This document shows, one piece after another, positions 57,604-64,000 of a stretch of DNA of 64,000 nucleotides. The DNA is taken from assembly GCA_020854825.1 (NCBI GenBank), contig JAHKLY010000002.1:1-64000 (forward strand), in the 5' to 3' direction. The number at the start of each line of letters is the position of its first letter. Position 1 is the stretch's first letter. The notes beneath the pieces are model-generated. The model worked only from the letters and a program-made list of their open reading frames with translations, searched no databases and was not told the DNA's origin. The position numbers and the translations under genes are program-made. The DNA comes from Candidatus Micrarchaeota archaeon. GTDB lineage: Archaea > Micrarchaeota > Micrarchaeia > Anstonellales > JAHKLY01.

Positions 57604-60600
57604 AATTACAAAAAAAATGGAAAATTATTTTAATATGCTTGAAATGTATTTAAATAAAGAATATACTATTGCACAAAAAGCTAGAAAAAAAGGATTAGAT
57701 CCAAAAACGGAAGTAGAAACTAAATTTGCACAAGATGTTGCAGGAAGAGTTGAAGGATTAGTAGGTCCGGAAGGAATTGCAGAAGAAATTAGAATTTTAG
57801 AAAACCAAGGAATGCAAAGAACAATTATTGCATATGAAATTGTAAAAAAATTAGTGAATTTAAATAAAGAAAAAGGAGTTGAAAAAGCAATTGATCAAGC
57901 TGTAAGAACAGGAGTTGCTATTTTAACCGAAGGAGTATTAGTTGCACCAACAGAAGGAATAGGAGGATTAAAAATAAATCAAAATCCGGATGGTACTGAT
58001 TATTTATCTATATATTTTTCAGGACCTATTAGAAGTGCAGGAGGGACAATTGCAGCATTAAGTGTAGTATTAGCAGATGTTGCAAGAAGAGAAGTTGGAA
58101 TTAAGGATTATAGACCAACAGATACGGAATTAGATAGATATGTTGAAGAAATAACTATTTATGATGCAAGAGATTCACGATTACAATATATGCCAACAGA
58201 ACAAGAAATAAAAACAATTGTAAAAAATTGTCCTGTTTGTATTGAAGGAGATCCAACAAGTAAATTTGAAGTTGCAGTATATAGGAATATGGAAAGAATA
58301 AAAACAAATAGATTAAGGGGAGGTATGGCATTAGTTATAGGAGAGGGAATAGCACAAAAAGCACCAAAAGTTTTTAAATATACAAAACAAATTGGATTAG
58401 ATTGGGATTGGATTGAATCAATTATGAAAGTTAAATCATCAAGCAAAGGAACTGTTGAAATAAAACCAATAAATACATATATAAGTGAAATACTTGCAGG
58501 AAGACCTATTTTTTCATATCCTATGGTAAAAGGAGGATTTAGGTTAAGATATGGAAGAACAAGAATAAGTGGTATAATGGCCAAATGTATTCATCCTGCC
58601 ACTATGGAAATTTTAGATGAATTTCCTGCAATAGGTACTCAATTAAAAATCGAAAGGCCGGGAAAAGGGTGTATTGTTTTGCCTTGTGATTCAATAGATC
58701 CACCTATTGTTAAACTTACTAATGGAGATGTAATTAGAGTTAATTCTATACAAGAAGCAAAACAATTGAAATCCCAAGTAGAAGAAGTATTATTTTTAGG
58801 AGATATGTTAATTACAATTGGGGATTTTATAAAATCAAATCATCCATTAATACCAGGAGCTTTTTGTGAAGAGTGGTGGGATGTAATTTGTGAATCTAAA
58901 AATTGTAAAATAAAAGAGGATTTTGATGTTTATGATGCATTTGAATTTTCAAAAGAAAATGAAGTTCCTTTACATCCGAGATATCTTTATTTTTGGGGGG
59001 ATATAAGTTCTACGCAATTAAAAGAATTATCAGAAGAAATAGTAAACGCAGAAATTGAATTTGAGTCATTAGGTATTTTAGGTAAAATTTCTAATTTCAA
59101 ATTATCAACAGAAAACAAAAAAGTTAAAAGAACATTAGAGGAATTAGGAGTAATACATAGAGTTAGAGAAAATAAAATAATATTAGATCCAGAAACTGCA
59201 TATTCTGTTTTAACTACATTAGGAATAAAAAATGGTAAAGACCTTTCATTAGATAAATTCAATAAAGTTTGGGATGAGGACAAAAAAGTTTTGGAAATGT
59301 TGAATGAATTATCTGGAATAGAACTTAAAAATAAAGCACCCATATATATTGGTTCAAGAATGGGCCGTCCTGAAAAAGCTAAAGAAAGAGAAATGACTCC
59401 AGATGTTAATGTTTTATTTCCATTAGGACATATAAGCAAACACAGAGATATTATTAAAACATATAATGAATTAAAAGAAAAAACAAAAGATAGGGGAATA
59501 AAAATAGAAATCTCGAGAAGAAAGTGTAAAGAATGCGGGAAAATAACTTTTTATAATTTATGTGATTGTGGGAGTGAAACAGAACCTCAAAAAATATGTT
59601 CGAAATGTGGGAGAGAAATAAAGGTAGGGGATGAATGTCCTTGTGGAGGAAAGGTTTGTATTTATGATTCAAGATCCATTAATATTGTAAATATATTGGA
59701 TGAACTAAAAGAAAGAATTGGGAATAAATTACCAGATAAAATAAAAGGAGTAAAAGGATTAATTAATAGCTCAAAAATACCTGAAAGACTTGAAAAAGGA
59801 GTATTTAGATCAAAATATGGATTATCTTGTTTTAAAGATGGGACTTCTAGATTTGATTTTACAGATGCACCTATGACTCATTTTAAACCAAATGAAATTG
59901 GAGTTTCAGTTGAAAAGATAAAAGAATTAGGATATAAACATGATTATTTAGGAAAAGAAATAACAGACGGAGATCAAGTTATTGAAATGTTTCCTCAAGA
60001 TTTTATTGTTTCTGAAGATGGAATAAAATTTTTTATTAAAACAGCCAATTTTGTAGATGAGATATTAGTATATTTATATCATTTACCTCCATATTATAAT
60101 ATTAAGACGCATGAAGATGTAATTGGTCATTTGACAGTTATACAATCCCCCCATACTTCTGCTGGAATTTTATCAAGACTTATTGGGTATACAAAAGGAA
60201 GAGTTGCATATATGCACCCGTATTTAGTTTGTGGTACAAGGAGAAATTGTGATGGAGATGAAAATTGTTTTATGGTTTTAATGGATGTGTTGTTGAATTT
60301 TTCAAGAAGCTACTTACCTGAAACAAGAGGGGGAACTATGGATATTCCAATTGTTTTAACTACAATCTTAAATCCTAAAGAAGTTGATGATGAAGTTCAT
60401 GTAATGGAAGCAATAAATAAACTTCCCTTAGAATTTTATGAAAAAACGGAATTATTTGAAAACCCAAGTAATCTTAACTTAGAATTAATTGAAAATAAGT
60501 TAGAAAAACCAGATAAGTATGAAAATATATATTTTACACATGATGTTTCTAATATAAATCTTGGACCAACAAGAACTACTTATGTTCAATTTAAGAGTAT

Positions 60601-60994
60601 GAAAGATAAAGTTGGTGCACAATTTGAGTTACATAAAAAGATAAGAGCAGTTGATGCAGTTGATGCAGCTGAAAAATTAATTTTGAGTCATTTTATACCA
60701 GATCTTTATGGTAATTTAAGAAAATTTTCACAACAAACTTTTAGGTGTGTAAATTGTAATGAGAAATATAGGCGGGTTCCTTTAATTGGTAAATGCAGAA
60801 AATGTGGTGGAAAAATTGTTTTAACTGTATATCAAGGAGGAGTAACTAAATATCTTAAATTATCTCAAGAAATGGCGCAAAAATATGATTTGCCTATTTA
60901 TCTTAAACAGCGCCTTGAATTATTAGAAAAAGATATTGCAAGTATTTTCGTAGACGAAAAAGCCCCGCAAGTCTCACTTTCTGAATTTATGTAA
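57596..60994 (+). CDS. polC: DNA polymerase D large subunit DP2 (no intein)
   Basis: TEGV..AP.EGI, GPIRSAGGT, GFRLRYGR, FKDGT.RFD, RRNCDGDE, C-terminal Zn finger. Confidence 0.97.
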   Translation: MVEITKKMENYFNMLEMYLNKEYTIAQKARKKGLDPKTEVETKFAQDVAGRVEGLVGPEGIAEEIRILENQGMQRTIIAYEIVKKLVNLNKEKGVEKAIDQAVRTGVAILTEGVLVAPTEGIGGLKINQNPDGTDYLSIYFSGPIRSAGGTIAALSVVLADVARREVGIKDYRPTDTELDRYVEEITIYDARDSRLQYMPTEQEIKTIVKNCPVCIEGDPTSKFEVAVYRNMERIKTNRLRGGMALVIGEGIAQKAPKVFKYTKQIGLDWDWIESIMKVKSSSKGTVEIKPINTYISEILAGRPIFSYPMVKGGFRLRYGRTRISGIMAKCIHPATMEILDEFPAIGTQLKIERPGKGCIVLPCDSIDPPIVKLTNGDVIRVNSIQEAKQLKSQVEEVLFLGDMLITIGDFIKSNHPLIPGAFCEEWWDVICESKNCKIKEDFDVYDAFEFSKENEVPLHPRYLYFWGDISSTQLKELSEEIVNAEIEFESLGILGKISNFKLSTENKKVKRTLEELGVIHRVRENKIILDPETAYSVLTTLGIKNGKDLSLDKFNKVWDEDKKVLEMLNELSGIELKNKAPIYIGSRMGRPEKAKEREMTPDVNVLFPLGHISKHRDIIKTYNELKEKTKDRGIKIEISRRKCKECGKITFYNLCDCGSETEPQKICSKCGREIKVGDECPCGGKVCIYDSRSINIVNILDELKERIGNKLPDKIKGVKGLINSSKIPERLEKGVFRSKYGLSCFKDGTSRFDFTDAPMTHFKPNEIGVSVEKIKELGYKHDYLGKEITDGDQVIEMFPQDFIVSEDGIKFFIKTANFVDEILVYLYHLPPYYNIKTHEDVIGHLTVIQSPHTSAGILSRLIGYTKGRVAYMHPYLVCGTRRNCDGDENCFMVLMDVLLNFSRSYLPETRGGTMDIPIVLTTILNPKEVDDEVHVMEAINKLPLEFYEKTELFENPSNLNLELIENKLEKPDKYENIYFTHDVSNINLGPTRTTYVQFKSMKDKVGAQFELHKKIRAVDAVDAAEKLILSHFIPDLYGNLRKFSQQTFRCVNCNEKYRRVPLIGKCRKCGGKIVLTVYQGGVTKYLKLSQEMAQKYDLPIYLKQRLELLEKDIASIFVDEKAPQVSLSEFM

Positions 60995-61046
60995 AATTTA
61001 CTTTTGTAAATTTGACATATTTACAACAGAGTTGTAAATCATGTGA

Positions 61047-61119
61047 TAACCTTTTTCTTTCTTTTTAAAAAGAAAGAAAAACGTTAACGAAAAAGAAAAG
61101 AAACAAAAAGAAAGAAAAA
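61047..61119 (+). repeat. Free-standing copy of the tRNA-intron hairpin/mirror-repeat element
   Basis: TAACCTTTTTCTTTCTTTTTAAAAAGAAAGAAAAACGTTAACGAAAAA matches 5222-5270 except for one A in the central run; no tRNA exons flank it. Confidence 0.88.
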
Positions 61120-61227
61120 TAAAGGAAAAAAATAAAACTTTAATGAAAAAGAGTATTTTAGTAGAGTTATAAAAAAGAAATTAAAAGCAACAAAAGAACT
61201 TTCTGATTTAGCAAATGAGATATTAAG

Positions 61228-61485
61228 TTAATCATCGTTTTTCATGCTTTCTAATGCGCTTAAAATAGTCCAAATTTGAGTTCTTGCATGTGAAGGAATA
61301 TTTATATCTTCTGCTATCTCTTCAAGAGAATAAACAACTGCGCCAATTTTTAAAGTAGCATCTTCATTTGTTTTTAATCTTTTTTTAGCATCTGTAATTG
61401 TTTTTCTAATATTTTTTGGAATAGAAGTATCTTCTTCAATTTCATCCATAATATCTATAATATCATTAAGATTAATTTCTGTCAT
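61228..61485 (-). CDS. UPF0147 family protein
   Basis: EDTSIPKNIR....A...L....LEEI..D.N.P.HART.IW...S.LE. Confidence 0.9.
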   Translation of the reverse strand: MTEINLNDIIDIMDEIEEDTSIPKNIRKTITDAKKRLKTNEDATLKIGAVVYSLEEIAEDINIPSHARTQIWTILSALESMKNDD

Positions 61486-61510
61486 ATTCACCACCCTCAC
61501 AATTAATAAG

Positions 61511-61719
61511 CGGGCCTGGAGAGATTTATTTGTTTATTTCTTTTCTTTTTAGTTGAGTTTTTTATTTTCTTTTTTAAAGAAAAGAAAAAAGTCATTGAAC
61601 TCTCGACCATCAGCTTAGAAGGCTTACGTGATATAGTTTTCTTTTTTGGAAAACGTAGCTTTTTTCTTTTACAAAAGAAAAAAGATCGTGCCGCTCTGTC
61701 CAAGCTGAGCTACAGGCCC
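61511..61719 (-). tRNA. tRNA-Arg(TCT) with two introns (29/30: 61624-61688; 58/59: 61526-61594)
   Basis: Reverse complement gives GGGCCTG/CAGGCCC with G73, GCTC/GAGC, GCA|GC-CT-TCT-AA-GCTGA, GAGAG-TTCAA|AT-CTCTC. Confidence 0.9.
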
Positions 61720-61779
61720 ATTAATTGTATAATCTTATTTGTATAACCATTTAAAAAGGTTCTTTTGCATTTATATTAT

Positions 61780-62028
61780 ATGGCAGAAGCAGGATTTGCA
61801 CAAAAGAAAAAACAAGATATTATGAAAAATATAATCAAATGCCCTAAATGTAGCGCAGATAATGCAGTAGGTGCATTAAGATGTGGGAGATGTGGATATT
61901 CATTTGTAAAACCTGAAGAAGAATTCACAAAAGAGGAGGATGAGAAAAAGAAATGTCCTGTCTGCAGTGAAGATAATTTAAAAAGCGCAAAAGAATGCAA
62001 ATACTGTGGTTATAAATTTCATGTTTAA
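61780..62028 (+). CDS. Double zinc-ribbon protein
   Basis: Two KCP.C...N...A..C..CGY.F units. Confidence 0.8.
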   Translation: MAEAGFAQKKKQDIMKNIIKCPKCSADNAVGALRCGRCGYSFVKPEEEFTKEEDEKKKCPVCSEDNLKSAKECKYCGYKFHV

Positions 62029-62029
62029 T

Positions 62030-63808
62030 TTACATTTTTTCTAATTCTGTTAAGCCTAATAAATTCATTCCTGTTTTAAGAGTTTCTGCTGTTTTTTCTA
62101 AAATTAATAATCTAAAGTTCTGTGCATCCTTATTTTCTTCTTTAAGAACAGAAACAGCGCTGTAAAAACTTGCAAATTCAGATGAAGTGCGCAATAAGTA
62201 ATCACATATTTGATGTGGTTTTAATTCGTCTGCAGATTTTTCAATAATTTCTGAAAATTCTGATAGTAAAAGTAATAGTTTTTTTTCAGTATCATTTATT
62301 TTAATATTTTGTATATCTATCTTGAATGTTGGTTTTTTCTTTTTGAGAATACTTTTACATCTTACATAGGAGTACATAACATAGGGTGCAGAATCACCTT
62401 CTAAACTTAAAGCTTCCTCCCAATCAAAAGCAATTTTAGTTTCAGGTGCATATTTTAAAATGTAAAAGATCATTGAGTTAGTTGCTATTGTTTTTGCTAT
62501 TTTTTTATCTTCACAGTTTTTTTCTAATGCTTTTTCTATTCCTTGTTCAATAAAATCATCTACTGAATATCCTATCCATGTTCCTTTTCTTCCTGAAAAT
62601 TTAATATTTTTTAAAGTGACTTGTTCATAAGTTAAATGATGATAATTTTCTGATTGTTTTGTATAACCCATTTGATTTAAACTATGTTTAACTACTTTTT
62701 GAGGATAAATTTGTTCATTGCCAATCACATTTACTATTTTATCTGCTTTAATTTTTTTCTTAGAACCTTTTTTATTGGTCATATATGCAATTTTTTTAGA
62801 GGGTTGTGTCATAAATTTAGAAAAATTAAAATCACTTTTTAATAAACCAAATTTCCACATGTGAAAAATAATGTCTTTCCCAGTATAGGTTGCAATTCCA
62901 TTACTTCTTATTAAAATTTTATCTGGATTTTTCATTTTATCAAATTCTTTCCCAGACATTTTTATCACATAACATCCGTTATTCTCTCCAGTTTTTTCTA
63001 AATGAATTATTTTATTTTCTTTTAAGTGTTTGATTCCTTCATTAAAAATAGTATTCATTATATCTGATTCAAATACTAATATTTCGTGTTCAATATTGAA
63101 ATTAAAACCAGTTTCCCATTGTGCTTTAACACATTTTTCACTTATTTCTCTTGCTTTTTTTGATATTTTTTCGTCTCCTTGTTCTAATTTATGTAATAGT
63201 TCTTCTATTTCTTTTTTGATATTGGGATCTTCTGTTTTTAAAGCAACTTTAACATATTCTCTTCCCATCCATTGATCAAATTTAAGATTACTATCTGGTT
63301 TATTATTTAAGTTTAGAATTCCCCATAAACTTTGTGCAACCTGTAATCCTAAATCATCAATATAATCCATTCTAATAACATCATATCCTGAATATGACAT
63401 TAAATTTGATACTGAATTTCCTAATACTGCATTTCTAAAGTGTCCTATATGCCATGGTTTATTTGGATTAACTGAAGGGAATTCAATTATCACTGTTTTT
63501 TTATTTTTTTTATTTTTTTCTTTATTTTTCAAAACTTCTTCAAAAAAATTATTTGAAAAATAGATATTGATGTATGGGCCAATACAGTCTATTTTTTCAA
63601 TATTTTTATCTTTTAATTCATTACTTATTTTTTTTGCTATTAAATTAGGATTTGTTTTATCTTTTTTAGCAATAGAAAAAGCGATAGTACACGCTAGATC
63701 GCCAAATGAACTTTTTGGTTTTTCTAAAGAGGAATAACATATTGGATAGTCTAAATTAGTAATTTTATTTAGTTTTATCGCTATTGTTTCCTTTATTTTA
63801 GTATACAT
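62030..63808 (-). CDS. argS: Arginine--tRNA ligase
   Basis: FGDLA, GPYIN, SVNPNKPWHIGH.RN, FSGRKG, PY.MY.Y.R. Confidence 0.96.
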   Translation of the reverse strand: MYTKIKETIAIKLNKITNLDYPICYSSLEKPKSSFGDLACTIAFSIAKKDKTNPNLIAKKISNELKDKNIEKIDCIGPYINIYFSNNFFEEVLKNKEKNKKNKKTVIIEFPSVNPNKPWHIGHFRNAVLGNSVSNLMSYSGYDVIRMDYIDDLGLQVAQSLWGILNLNNKPDSNLKFDQWMGREYVKVALKTEDPNIKKEIEELLHKLEQGDEKISKKAREISEKCVKAQWETGFNFNIEHEILVFESDIMNTIFNEGIKHLKENKIIHLEKTGENNGCYVIKMSGKEFDKMKNPDKILIRSNGIATYTGKDIIFHMWKFGLLKSDFNFSKFMTQPSKKIAYMTNKKGSKKKIKADKIVNVIGNEQIYPQKVVKHSLNQMGYTKQSENYHHLTYEQVTLKNIKFSGRKGTWIGYSVDDFIEQGIEKALEKNCEDKKIAKTIATNSMIFYILKYAPETKIAFDWEEALSLEGDSAPYVMYSYVRCKSILKKKKPTFKIDIQNIKINDTEKKLLLLLSEFSEIIEKSADELKPHQICDYLLRTSSEFASFYSAVSVLKEENKDAQNFRLLILEKTAETLKTGMNLLGLTELEKM

Positions 63809-63881
63809 GTAGTAATTATAGTAATAAATACATATAAAAACATTAGTTGATATAATATATATACAATGTGGGGGTGGTTTA

Positions 63882-64000
63882 ATGGGAGATGGAGGAATCA
63901 GACCAACACATTTATCAAAAAAAAAGATTACATCTCGAAGAACTGAGCGTCAGTCAAGTTTTGGAAAGCATAGCGGAATAAAAGGAGATTCTAAGTATAT
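63882..64000 (+). CDS. Start of a hypothetical ORF (runs off the window)
   Basis: GGGGGTG SD then ATG; open to the window end (MGDGGIRPTHLSKKK...). Confidence 0.4.
   Translation, partial: MGDGGIRPTHLSKKKITSRRTERQSSFGKHSGIKGDSKY

Noticed and set aside
60230-60270. Inactive or intein-containing DP2 (RRNCDGDEN rather than ...DED)
   Set aside because: The DGD catalytic aspartates are intact and there is no insertion.

Overview
Very AT-rich archaeal chromosomal window, probably DPANN/Micrarchaeota-like (inferred from gene content, not proven). It carries housekeeping clusters: rps13-rps4-rps11-rpoD, rpl18e-rpl13-rps9-rpoN-rps2, tandem ftsZ, Cdc48, Orc1/Cdc6, ThrRS, the proteasome-exosome superoperon, PolD DP1/DP2 and ArgRS. 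These are mixed with Cys-rich and beta-helix surface proteins and several bacterial-type genes (MnmA, a YkuD L,D-transpeptidase, PPDK, a minimal [FeFe]-hydrogenase, Maf). The standout signal is non-coding. All 7 tRNA genes found by eye are interrupted, with 10 introns at positions 21/22, 29/30, 37/38, 58/59 and 59/60. Seven introns share one architecture: a pyrimidine tract, its complementary purine tract (hairpin), a short linker usually ending AC[T/G], and a mirror copy of the purine tract. This is the geometry of an intrastrand triplex, and the three tracts covary between copies. A near-identical copy of the 5' module of the 209-nt tRNA-Pro intron also lies free in the intergenic region after PolD DP2. 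Together this suggests a small structured mobile repeat that colonises tRNA genes as BHB-type introns. Splice coordinates were read manually and may be off by 1-2 nt.
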